Assembly (NCBI GenBank): GCA_043228905.1
Contig: JBHGNT010000007.1
Location: 13,268,001 to 13,332,000, forward strand
Reading direction: 5' to 3'
DNA length: 64,000 nucleotides
Origin: Azolla caroliniana
Lineage: Eukaryota; Plantae; Polypodiophyta
Part shown: positions 47,901 through 59,695 of the stretch, piece after piece
Layout: each line of letters opens with the position of its first letter
Position numbering within the stretch: position 1 is the first letter of the stretch
Made by a program: the position numbers and the translations under genes
The notes under the pieces: model-generated
The model's input: only the letters and a program-made list of their open reading frames with translations
What the model was told of the DNA's origin: nothing
Databases searched by the model: none

Positions 47901-50399
47901 GCAATTAGATTTGGAGAAAGCTTATAATCATGTTAATTGGTCCTTTGTTTCTGGGTTAATGGATACAATGGGCTTTGGACCTCGTATGTCTCGCCTCATA
48001 TTTTTATTAGGACAAGATACAGTGTCTCGAGTAATGCTTAATGGGGGAGTTACATCAAATATTGTCCTCACAAGATCCGTTTGTCAAGGATGCCCCATTA
48101 GTCCATTGTTGTTTGCTATTGTTACTCATCCCTTGTTAGTGATGTTATCCAAGCTTGCAACAAATGGTGATATTGTGGGTCTACACCTTCCGTCTAGAGG
48201 GCAACTAGTAGCACAAGCTTTGGCTGATGACTCTTTCATGTTTCTACAAGCCTCACGAGAGAATCTTGAGAAGGGGATGCTTGTATGGAACCAATTTGCA
48301 TTGGCTTCTGGATTACATATTAATTGGAGGAATTCTAGTTGCATATCATGTACTGAAAGAGATTTGGAATGTTTAGGATGACAAGGACCCGTGGTGAAGA
48401 AAGACTCTATTTTTCAACACTTGGGCTATCCATTAGGAATGAATGTTACAAATGGTCAATTGATTGAATGGATGTCTAGTAAGTTGAGGGATAAGTTCAT
48501 GTATTGGAAGTCACAAGCTTGGCCATTTCATGTACGCTTGAAGATTGTACAATGTATTATGGAACCCATGATATTATATTACTTGCCATTGTTGCCATGG
48601 ACAAAGAAGGATTTGCATTCTATTTTGCAACATCTTCGATGTTTGTTGTGGAAGACGAGGGATAAGATGGGAATCACTTAGGTTGCATGGAATCATCTAG
48701 CAACCCCTAAGCGCTTGGGGGGAGCTAGAATATTAAACTTATCTAAGCATATGATGGCTCGTAGATTTTCATTATTACAAGATATGTGTTCAAAATCACA
48801 ACCATGGATATCTATTGTTCAATATTTCATTGAGAACAAGGGTTTAACACATGGGAGGACAACGATTAAAGCTTCATGGTGGCAATTATTGAATGGATGT
48901 ATTTCACTTAGGATTTTGGGCTCTACATGTGTTCAACACTTGGTTACCTCATGGAAAGAAGCACTCTTGTTATGTATATGGAAACCATAATCTAGTAGAG
49001 AGCATTGTAATTCTTTGCAAAAAGAGTTTCTTGTGTCTTCTCGGTTATTATGTTGGCCAGGAAAGGAGAGATTGCGCTCTCAATTTAATCGTTTGTTTCG
49101 TTTGGGGGTCAAAGAAGTGGGAGATATAGTTGAGGCTCCATATCAAAAAAAATTAGAGTTTGTTGAAGCGTGACAATTATTACGCATTCCGCCTTATTAT
49201 GGGTTTATTTGGCAACAACTACAAAATATTGCATTGGTTCAAGGTCCCTTACCTCTACAAACAGGAGAACAATCGTGGATTGATTGGTGTTTAACGGGTC
49301 AAACGTCATTGTTACAAGTGACTACTAATCTTTTGTATCATTGCTCTGTCGAATCTCTTGGATGGTTATCATCTAAAGTTGAAGAAGAATGGAGATTAAA
49401 CAAATCTGATCATGGGTGGTGGCAGATCTTACAACGTAGTTGGCATTCTAAATTGCCACTTGTGGCAAAGGTCTTCATTTGGAGAGTTTTGATTGGAGGA
49501 TTTCCTTTGGGATTAGCTCTAAAGCATCGTGGATTAGCAACAGGTAGTTGTTTCTTTTGCACTGTTCAAATGGATGATAGTACTCATCGATTTATACAAT
49601 CTCCGATTGCTTGTCAGATTTGGAGTTACATTTCTCGAATTTGGAAAGTTTTATCACGGTGTTATTAGACAGTGGGTGTTTGCACAATTTACACAGGTTG
49701 ACCCAAAATCAATGATGGAGATCATTTTTTTATTTCTGAGATATTGGGGATTGCGTCATAATTCGAATATGTGCAATGCTTTTGTATTTGACGGTAGACA
49801 TGGAGTGAAAGCATATCTACGAAAATTGGAGGGAGTACTAATGTGGCAATTTTCTTTATTGGAGCAAGTGGAAATCCTTTCCTCGGTGGAGTGTTCGTCT
49901 TGCCTATTGGCAATTCAACATGTTCCACTACCCGTGTAGTGTAGTTGATGGGTGACCATACTCCATTGTCACACCTATTGTAAGTAGTGTTTTTTACACA
50001 CATTTATTAATATAATTGTGTGTTTTCACCAAAGAGAGAGAGAGAGAGAGAGAGAGAGTACCAAAGACAAGAACTATATTACTAAAAATTAATCAGTTAG
50101 TTACAAGGGTGTTCAATGAGCCTTTATATATCTAACCCTAATAAGATAGTGGGCTTTCATATGTACAAGGGGTTGAGCTTCCTATCTCAATAAAAACTAG
50201 CAATGGGAAAAGGTAACATTTGTTTGATAATGGAAAATGATCATCACATAAAAATTACAGTTATATATTATGTATATTACTGTCAGTTGGACAAGCTATC
50301 AACAATGGGCTTATTATTAAATTCATTGAGAACCAAGCCGTCATACATATCCATAAAGGCAAGAGTAAAGCAATGGTATGTCCCAAGCAAGGCCATCTA

Positions 50400-53037
50400 T
50401 ATCTTGTGGTAGCGAGACAAATAGAGGCATTGTTAATAGAGATATGACATAACCATAATCAAGATCATGTTTCTTTCACATACCTGTGGAAAACCAGTAC
50501 CATACACCCCTTAACAAAATGGGGTTGCCAAAAGAAAAAACCAAACACTTCTTATTGTAGCTAGAAGCATCCTAACAACCAGCAAAATGCACCACCGATT
50601 TTGGGAAGATGCAGTGGCAACAATGTGTTATCTACAAAATATGACTCCTCATCGCGCTCTACAAGGAGGTATACAATTTGCACTATGATATGGCCAATCT
50701 CTTGATGTGTCACATCTCAAAGTCTTTGGAGTAGTAGCATATAGGTATACATACAATCAAAGAATAAGGCAAAACTAGAGAATCATTGCATCAAAAGGAG
50801 GTTTATTAGATATGGAGGCCCCTACAGAGTAAGGGCCTATACGTTTTATCTCCCTTAGTCAGGTAAAATTGTGTTTAGTCAATCTGTCAAGCTTGATGAA
50901 GAACCTGTGGTTTCTGGTCAAGTTGGAAAAACTTGTCAAGCTTGATGAATAGCCTATGGTTTCTGGGCAAAGAAGTCGACTCAATGGGAGACCTCAAGGA
51001 GAAAAAAAAAAATTGTACAAAATCTGATGAAGAGTCCCAATATTCCATTAAGACATGCAATAGAATCCATCAGGAAAACCAAGCATTAGACTCTACCACA
51101 AAATGTGCAACGGGCATGGGCATCAACAACAAAACCAAGACATACAATAAAACCAATCAACAATTCATCATGGAAACCCCTTACTTGAAGCTACAACTAG
51201 GTCGAAGACACTTTCAGATATGATAATCCTTGTCTCAACTAACTTGGATGATGCAAAAAGGAAGGGGATAGCACAACTCTACACCATCATCGACCGGTGG
51301 GCTAATTGGACAAGCATAAAAGCTTCAAGTAACAGGGAGAGAGTCCAACTAACACAACTAGATAGAAAGAAAGGAGCCAAACATGATACAATCAACGGAG
51401 CAAGTGATATGTTCAGTAACACAACAGTCCAAAACGGTATCAAATCAAAAGATGATGATGATGATGAATGTTGTAAAGAAGATGAGGCATTAGAAAACAA
51501 TAAAAAAGGGGCCAAGAAAAAAGTAAAATTGTTGAGCGACATCTATGACACCACAGAAGACCTCTCAAAGCACTTCATTAATGAAGTCTAACCTGACATA
51601 TCGGCATTTACAACACACATGAAAGATGAAGGAGGGGATCTTGCACCGATCATTAATCTTAAGCAAGCGCTTTAGAGCATAGAAAAAGAATCTTGAATAG
51701 ATGTTATACAAACAAAGACCGTTGCTCTTACAAAAAATAAGACATGGACTCTTGTCCCTCGATCATCTAACTCCAACTTTGTCAATTGCAAATGGCTTTT
51801 TACCAAGAAGTGTAATGCTCATGGGACTCCAATTATATTCAAAGCTCAAATGGTAGCTTGAGGATTTTCACAGATTCTAAGCATTGATTATCATGAGACT
51901 TTCTCACCTACATTGAGAATCACGTCTCTTCATCTATTGTGTGCAATGCAATATCAACATACCTTAATTTGGAAGACTTAGTGCATCATGTAGATATCGA
52001 AACCTCATTTCTTCATAGACATTTAGAAGAGATTACCTACATGGAACAACCCAAAATGATGGAAAATGACAAGTATCCTGACTATGTATACAAGCTACAC
52101 AAGCCACTATATGGATTAAAACAATCTCCAAGACAATGGTATGCCAAGCTAAATAAGTTCTTGCTCAATGCCAATTTCACACCATTTTACTCTGACAAAC
52201 CTATATGTACAAAAGACAAAATCACAATTCATCATATTAGAAGTATATGTGGATGACTTGCCCATAATCGGAACTTTTGAAAAAGAGATACTAGAGGTGA
52301 TCAAGGAGCTACAACATCATTTCCCGGTCAAACATCTTGAACCATTGGAGCATTTTATCGGAATACATACATACAAAAGGAATCAAATCCTAGGGATATT
52401 ATCACTTTCCCAAGCAAAGTGTGTTGACAACATCGTGAATAAATTTGGCATGGCTTAATGCTCTCTGGTATCCACACCACTCACCATATCATGTAAGTTA
52501 TCATCTCGAGACTCTCCTCAAAATGATGAAGAAGCATTTGTTATGAAAAATATTCCCTATCATGAAGTATTAGGGAACCTCTGGTACTTGGTGAGTTATA
52601 TAAGACCGAATTTGTCATTTTCAATTGGTCTTCTCTCAAGATTCATGGAAAAACCAAGTATTAATCATTGGGTTGCACTCAAATGAGTACTACAGTACTT
52701 AAAGTACACTTGAAATATGGTACTCACTTATAAGGCATACTTTGGGGCAGACAACTCCAAAATATTGTTGGGAAACAGGTCCCTCCAGATGGAAAGAGAA
52801 GAGCCGAGTTTATGAGTAACTCGACCGAGGCCGAAATCGAAATCGAGGATATAGCCAACTCGGGAGACTATATTTGTAAATAGTCGAAATGTGCTCCATG
52901 TGGGCTATGTATGTAAATAACCATACAGTTGTATGAGTGTATATACAACTAGGGCAAACTTTATGTTCTAGAGAAAAAGTAGTTGATCTTTTTGTTGAAA
53001 AGTTAGAACGAGATAGTTGCCTTGGTGATATAGCAAG

Positions 53038-53107
<70 letters not shown>

Positions 53108-54250
53108 TTAGAGTGTAACTCTATAGTTTGTTGACGAAGAAGATCTCGAGGTCGTCGCCTTTGAGTTTCTTGTTGTACTTCCTATCTTTTCCCGATTTGG
53201 GTTTCCATGGTAAATCTTGTGTCTCTATATCTCGTTTTCTACATAGTTCATTTTATTGTCTATTGAGTATTTTGTGTACCCGAACGCATACGTGAAACCG
53301 GTTGTGGCCGGTCGATTCTCAACAAATACAAGCATTGCTATCAACACCATCACGAGGATGGACTGATGCATATTGGGAAGGAGATGGTGATTCTTCTCGC
53401 TCCACGTTAAGTTTTTTGTTTACTTTTGCAGGCGGGCGATAATGGCTTGCTTTTTCATACGCCACACTTACAGCTTAAGGACTTTGGCTTTGATCAATAA
53501 AACAAGAATTAGATATTCTTCAAATTTTCAAAATCGGGCTATGGTGTGATAATCAATCATGTGTAACTTAGATCATCAAGAACCCAAAAATTACTGACCA
53601 AAATAAACATATTTTGGCTCGATATCACTTAACAGAACTTGTTGAAGAACATAATCTCAACATCAACTATACCCCTACTCAAGACATGTGGGCCAATTTA
53701 TTAACCAAGCCAGTTCCAAGTATTAAACATTGGAATTGTAGCAAAACTATTGGGCTAAGTCTCTCTCACTACCTATAGGAATTAGAGTTAAGGGGGGACG
53801 TTGAAAATAACTCTAATTTTAAATAAAAACTAACTATTTAGGTAGCATTATCTAAAGATAGGATTGACTGTTACAATTGCAATAGTCACATTTCATATGT
53901 ATTTAAATTACTACAATACCAAATATTTGATGTGTGTACATGTAAGGAAACATGTAGAAGTACATGAGTTAATTCCAATATCTATTTTATAATCTCTTCT
54001 ACTTCCGTCTAAGTTATAATCTTTACAAGTTGATCCCCACTTGGATTTGCACATGATAGATTACATTTTGTAATGTTAATTGTTACATATAGAATACAAA
54101 GGAAACCGTCTAAAATTCTGTGCATAGTCCAAACTCAAGGTTGTTTTCCCAATTACTATATATGAGTATTGTATAAGTTCATAATTTTGCATCAATGTCA
54201 TTGCAAACAAGCAACCATCATTTCAAACTCAATATGTTGGTCATTGGACA
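50400..54250 (+). mobile_element. Highly degenerate Copia element (INT-RT-RH, PPT, 3' LTR)
   Basis: QNGVAKRKN near 50515; HHVDIETSFLH...LYGLKQSPRQW; YVDD; KHILARYH near 53605; PPT AGAGTTAAGGGGGGA near 53785-53798. LTR end uncertain. Confidence 0.85.
52766..53324 (+). mobile_element. Copia solo LTR containing a (GT)n(GA)n microsatellite
   Basis: TGTTGGGAAAC...TCTCAACA; TSD AATAT/AATAC; related to the LTRs of C and D. Confidence 0.9.
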
Positions 54251-54760
54251 CCCACCTTATGCATGATAAATGGGATGCAAAGAACACTGGAGTGATAGGC
54301 TAAATTTCATTAAGAGGCATTAATTTGAAGAGATATTGAGATATTTCCAAATTTTCAAGTAGAGAAAAGCTTAACAGCATGTGATAACATGTATATCATA
54401 ATGTGTTGCATGTTACCTTTAACTATTGAAGTTAGTTCAAATCCTAACCTAACCTTACAACAAATTTGTTTAGCAATGCCAATATCAAAATGCAATGAAT
54501 TGGCAAACTGAGACACCAAAATTGCAAAAACCTCAAGAGTGGAAGTAATTTAAACCATCACAATGCTTCACATGAGGTAATTTCAATATGTAAAAGACAA
54601 TTCATGTTTAGCTCTTTCAATGACAAACACAATGTAGATTAACTCAAACCCAAACGTTGCTGCTTTACCATTATAGAAACCCAACCTCATTATTACTACT
54701 AGTCCAAACACACTATTTTGCTTTTTCCATTAAAACATCCCTTGAATAAATTCAAATCCC

Positions 54761-55830
54761 AAATTTGCTGGTTCTTCTAACCATCATACATCAATGAAAT
54801 TCAAATCTGCTTGTACTTATTGTTTATCAAGCCTTATTAACAGATCGGTATTCATGTTAAACGTTTCAACCTATATAAAACCTTAACATGGATCAATTTA
54901 AGACTCCGCTGAAGATTGCCAAAACATACAAACACAATTTATGTTATGCATTTTCCATGACGAATAACTTATGTCAACTCAAACTGCATATTTTGGTGCT
55001 CCTGGCTAGTCATTTTACAAGCCCAACCTGGATGTTGCTAATCCTTTACATCATTAAAACATCCACGCTGGGCATGCATGTACAATGACCAGAAGCACTT
55101 GGTTGAAACCATTGGTCAGAACATTACAGACTCCAAATTTGCAGGTTCTAACCACTTGGCTAGCAAGGCTGTTCTATAAATACTTCAGATTCATATTATC
55201 ATGTGATGTTTACATTATTTTAAGATTCATATTCAACATTAATCTTCATACGGGCCACTTGAAGATTGCTAGTCCATACATTCATAGATCATGTTCAGTT
55301 CTTTGCGTGAACCATCTCAGTTCAATCTTCAATTTGCTGGTTATGGCAATTTTAGAAGCCCAGTCTGAAAATTGCTAAATCCAATCTAGAGGTGATGGTT
55401 TTCTACTCCCAAAAAATCAATACTTCAATCAATTCGATACCTAAATTTCTGGTTTGAACTACCCATTGGAACATTACAACTGCAAATTTGCTGGTTCTAA
55501 CCATTTTAATACCAAGCGTTGTCTAAATATTGCCTGACTCATATTATCATATCATGTGACCTTATTTGAAGATTCCTATTCCACATAATTCTTCATATGG
55601 ATCACTTTAAGCTTTAGTTGAAGACTGCTACACCATACATACAAAGTACATGTTCAGCTCTTTGAGTGAACCATCACTGGTTGCAGTTCAATGTCCAATT
55701 TACTGGTTCTGGCCATTTACGGCCAATCAGAAAATTGCTAATTCCAGTCAACATGCAGTGGCTTGCTTTTTCCCATAAAATCAATCCTTGGAGCGATTCA
55801 AACCCTAATTTTCTGGTTTTCACCATGTCA
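54761..55830. repeat. Diverged ~350-bp tandem duplication/triplication downstream of RPL41
   Basis: AAATTTGC(T/A)GGTTCT at 54761, 55135 and 55484; shared blocks (CATATTATCAT, TGAAGA(T/C)TGCTA, CATGTTCAG..CTTTG.GTGAACCATC, GAAAATTGCTAA) in units 2 and 3. Confidence 0.75.
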
Positions 55831-56151
55831 TGTTTACCTTATGGAATCCAAAGCGGCCACTTCTTCAGATCAAATCTCAGATAATAGGGAATGCATGGAA
55901 AACCAGTCATAATTTGTATTCAAGCATAGATTTAATCATAATCAGTGTAACCAAATTTTCAGAATAATTGAGAACTTCACATCATATAGAATACCAACTA
56001 AACGAGAAGCTTCAGCAAAGGATTAAATACTCAAATTTAATTGAAAATTGGAGTACTACAAAGTAATCCTCACGTGCTAAAAGCTAATAACAATGTTCTT
56101 AAATCGACCATTCAACAACATAAACAAAAGGCAGCATGAAATTCATCCTCC

Positions 56152-56714
56152 CTATTTCGATCTCTGCCTCATCTTTCTGCGCTTCCTCTTAAGTCTGCGC
56201 ATTCTTTTCTTCTTCCACTAAAATAACAGAGAAGATTTAAAAGTGTTAAAGAAAATACAAAAATTTCCAGTTTCTCGATAAACTAAGCAATACCTATACG
56301 TCATTCAACTACGAGATCACAATCAATGCACTTTACAAAACTCTAAAGCAAGCATCGAGAGATTGAAAACAAATTCTTCCCAAACACATATAACAGAACT
56401 CCCAAAAATATAATCAGTTCAGATCTGCGGACCATTCACTCTCAAAAGTATTACTTAACAGACCTGTTCAGAGGCATTAACAACATTACCTACAAGCTAT
56501 TTCCTCACAAATTTGACAAGCGTTCAACACGACAAATACCTCTAAACAAGGAGAAAAGTCAAGAGAAGTACAAAAAGTTTACACTGCAACTGGATTCTGG
56601 GAACCCGGAGACCATAACTAACGCTGCAGCATATTCAAAAAACCATAACAAATGAAGCGTATATGTACACATGTAGACAGACAGGGTGAAGAGAAGACGA
56701 ACCTTGGCCCTCAT
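56152..56714 (-). CDS. RPL41: Ribosomal protein eL41 (L41), two coding exons: 56714-56703 and 56217-56152
   Basis: Exon 1 ATGAGGGCCAAG (MRAK) then GT; 485-bp intron ending TTTTAG; exon 2 [24 protein letters not shown]. This gives the canonical plant 25-aa L41. Confidence 0.98.
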
Positions 56715-56841
56715 GGTGGAGGTAAGCGGGGATCCTTTGTTGCAGGACGTCGATGAAGTCAGTCAGTCGGTCAGTCAGAATCTTGAAGGGCTGGGTCTCT
56801 GAAGCATACAATATATATCTCCTCTCTGTCTCTCTGTCTTT

Positions 56842-56870
56842 CTATAATACGCAAAGAGCCCAAACCCTAG
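56842..56870 (-). promoter_or_regulatory. RPL41 core promoter: TATA-like, site II and telo-box
   Basis: Minus-strand TTATATAG (56842-56849); AGCCCA (site II, TGGGCT on minus) at 56857-56862; telo-box AAACCCTA at 56862-56869. This combination is typical of plant ribosomal protein promoters. Confidence 0.7.
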
Positions 56871-56896
56871 CGCCTGATGCTTTCACACCTGTCTCT

Positions 56897-56936
<40 letters not shown>

Positions 56937-56969
56937 TCTCACGAGGAATGATACCAAACCCACCCGAAA

Positions 56970-57354
56970 GGGATGGGGTTTAGTAGTATGTATCTCAATC
57001 TTCAGGAGGAGAAGCCAGATAGAGTTGTCTCATGGCACCCGTGTACCCGCCTGCCTGCCTCCACATGCTAGTGAGTGAGAGTTAGTGAATGTGTACTCTG
57101 TAACCGTCTGTCTAGTAGACGAAGAAGATCTCAAGGTCGTTGCCTCAAAATTTCTTATTGTACTTCCTCTCGACATAGTGATTTAGTTTGGAGTTTGTGG
57201 ACTCCACATGGTTTGTCCCATTCGGGTTTTCCACATTAAAATACCTTGTGTCTTCTGCGATTTTTTTTTTTTCTGTTTGTGCATTGTCTTACTCATTTCT
57301 TTGCACCCGAATATACATACGAGAAACCGGTTGTTGCTAGTTACAATCCTAACA
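56970..57354 (+). mobile_element. Copia LTR remnant immediately upstream of RPL41
   Basis: GACGAAGAAGATCTCAAGGTCGTTGCC...GGGTTTTCCAC...GAAACCGGTTGT...CTAACA matches solo LTRs 52766 and 58319. Left end approximate. Confidence 0.8.
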
Positions 57355-57399
57355 CAACTTTTTGAAAACTATGTCCGAACTTCTGATGATTTGTCTATT

Positions 57400-58260
57400 T
57401 TCTAGATCCGGAAGTTTGTAGCCGAATTCGCCTTCTGAACCACAGCCAAGGAAAATACATTTCTGGGATTGTGCCTCAAGCTTTCGGCGATCATCCTTAG
57501 GCACAAGTGCAAATGCTTCGCAACCAAAAATCCGTAGCTTCTCATAATTTGGCCTCTAGCCGGTCCAAAGCTCTTGTGGGATTTGAAGTCCTATAGGCTA
57601 ATTCGGCGACATGTTGATTATGTGCTCTGCAGTGAGTCGCACCTGGGTCAAGAAACCATTTGATAGTCTAGCATGTTGCATTATGGCAAAAATTCGCTCT
57701 TAAATTGTCTAATTCATGTGTTATGCAACGCCATTTTGTTCCGGACTATGCAGAGTTGTTAAGTCTCCTCTAATGCCGTGCGTTGTCAGCCATATCTAAC
57801 GAATTCTTCAAACTTAAACTCTCCCCCGTTGTCGGTCCTAAGGCATTTCAGCTTTCGACTAGACTGGTTCTCTACCATGGTGAGCCATTCTTGGAAGATT
57901 GAGAACACCCGATCTTTGATTCTAGCCAAATATGCCCACACCTTCATGGTCGAGTCGTCAATGAAGCTGACGAAATAGAATGCACCACTGAGAGACTAAT
58001 GTGGCATAGGAACACATAGGTCTGAGTGGACCAGATCGAGCGGGCTCGATTCTCTCGGTGATACCGTTGGGTGTGAGGTCGTGGCTTGCTTGCCATACTG
58101 GTAATGCTTGCAAAATTGATGGTTAGAGCAGGAGAGTTTTGGGATATGTTGAGAGACAAGCTCAACATGGGCCAAATCGGTTGAAGAAGTCGACAGCCGA
58201 ATCGGCTGAAGAAGTTGACAGCCGAATCGAATAGAGTTTGATTCGTGTGAGCCAAGTCAG
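57400..58260 (-). pseudogene. Copia integrase fragment
   Basis: Frameshifted remnants LDLVHSDLC...FYFVSFIDDSTMKVWAY in the reverse complement. Confidence 0.75.
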
Positions 58261-58279
58261 GGGGATTCTGGTAGGCTAT

Positions 58280-59550
58280 TAGGGGCCTATATTCCTATTA
58301 TAGTAAATAGGAATATTGTGTTGGGAAACATGTCCCTTCGGATGGGAAGAGAAGGATCGTGTTGGTGAGTATCTAGGAACCAAAATCGTAATCGGAAACC
58401 AAAATCGTTTCAGAAGTCTATAGTTGTAAATAGTCTAAAGTGCCCTTTGTGGGTTATACTTGTAAATAGCCAGAAAGTTGTTTTTGTTTATAAGCAACTA
58501 GGGAAAACTTTAGTATATGCGTAGTTGATCATTATTGAAAAAGTTAGAATGAGGTAGTTGCCTCTGTAACCGTGAGTGAGAGTGTAACTTTGTAGTCGCG
58601 TGTTAGACGAAGGAGAACTCAAGGTCATTGCCTCCGAGTTTCGTATTTGTACTTCCTCTTTACTATAGTGATCTGTTTTCTTGGGGTTTGTGGACCCCCG
58701 TGGTTTTTCCCATTTTGGGGTTTCCACGAAAAATATTGGCGTCTTTGTGTCTGCACGTTTTTTTTCTATCTGTGTACTACTTCTTGTTCTTTGCACACGA
58801 ATATGAACGTGAAACCGGTTGTGGCCGGTCAATTTTTAACATATTGTAGGCAGAATTAGTGTCAAGCTCATTTATGAGCATTCAAGTACTAACGGTACTT
58901 ATGTCAGCCCATTTGTCAAGGCTTGTATAAAAAGTGTTCACTAAGCACGATGTATGTACAGAGTATTGATTATTGTGGAATACGAGTTTTGTTGTATGCT
59001 CTCTCAGCCTCAACCTCTGTCTCTCTCATATTCTCTATGTTTACCTACCTATCGAGTTTCTAAATAACCAACTGTGTACTCAGTGTCTTTCGCACACGCT
59101 TTTGCACACGAATCTTTTTACATGGTATCAGAGTGCAAGGGTTGAGAATCCTCTATAGCCGATAGAAAAGCAAGTGAACAAGACAGAGACAAGGTTTATT
59201 GTTTTTGGAAAAGGAAAGATAAGAACATGGACAGAGGAATGGGAAGCTCACTTCCGACAAAGAAGCTTGATAGGAGCAACTACACATCTTGGTCGTACAA
59301 GATGCACTAGTATCTGCTCGGGCACGGTTACTAGAGTTATGTCGAAGGAGTCAATGATGCAACACTAGAGTCAACATACAGAGATTTCTTGGCCTGGGAA
59401 CAACCATCGAGCAGAGTTCTGTACTGCTTTGCATCCTGTGTGAGCAATCAGCTATTGAGCTACATCAGGGACACCAAAACATTGAAGGATGCTTGGGGAA
59501 ATCAGAAGAAGATTTTCTACTAGTACAACAACCAGAAAGCTTCAACTAAG
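58280..59550 (+). mobile_element. Copia 5' LTR (ending 59122), PBS and gag start
   Basis: TGGTATCAGAG at 59123; gag MGSSLPTKKLDRSNYTSW from 59239. LTR start approximate. Confidence 0.8.
58319..58841 (+). mobile_element. Copia solo LTR
   Basis: TGTTGGGAAAC...TTTAACA with perfect TSD TATTG. Confidence 0.92.
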
Positions 59551-59554
59551 ATAA

Positions 59555-59618
59555 TGTCATAGACAAGATGCCACAAGGAATGGTGGGGGTTGAACCCATG
59601 ACCTTCTGGTCTATTAAG
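59555..59618 (+). mobile_element. Stub of a chromovirus-family LTR with part of the tRNA-like cassette
   Basis: GATAA|TGTCATAGACAAGATG...GGGGTTGAACCCATGACCTTCTGGTCT matches 44909-44965. Confidence 0.75.
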
Positions 59619-59619
59619 A

Positions 59620-59661
59620 AATGGAGTCTGTGGTGATTGCAATGCAGCGGAAGATGAGAGA

Positions 59662-59695
<34 letters not shown>

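Larger units (their letters stand above)
40651..50033 (+). mobile_element. Near full-length L1-clade LINE (degenerate), interrupted by a chromovirus
   Basis: ORF1 pieces 40735-41424 and 45300-45950 with a knuckle remnant HCFGCG*WGYFMAEC; ORF2 from 46130 with APE (VTWNVRG, GDFN, SRLDR, DHFP), RT (KSPGWDG, WRPISL, QLDLEKAY, QGCPISP, LADD) and C-terminal CFFC...H; ends in a short A run followed by (GA)n. Ends approximate. Confidence 0.92.

Noticed and set aside
53042-53107. (GT)n(GA)n and other dinucleotide tracts (38125, 40410, 50034, 59666)
   Set aside because: Ordinary microsatellites within Copia LTRs or at the LINE tail.
54888-55884. Short plus-strand ORFs in the non-TE island
   Set aside because: AT-rich, no recognisable motifs, and frames not preserved between the repeat units.
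56410-56490. Possible intronic C/D snoRNA in RPL41
   Set aside because: CTGA boxes are present on the minus strand but there is no good RTGATGA C box or terminal stem.
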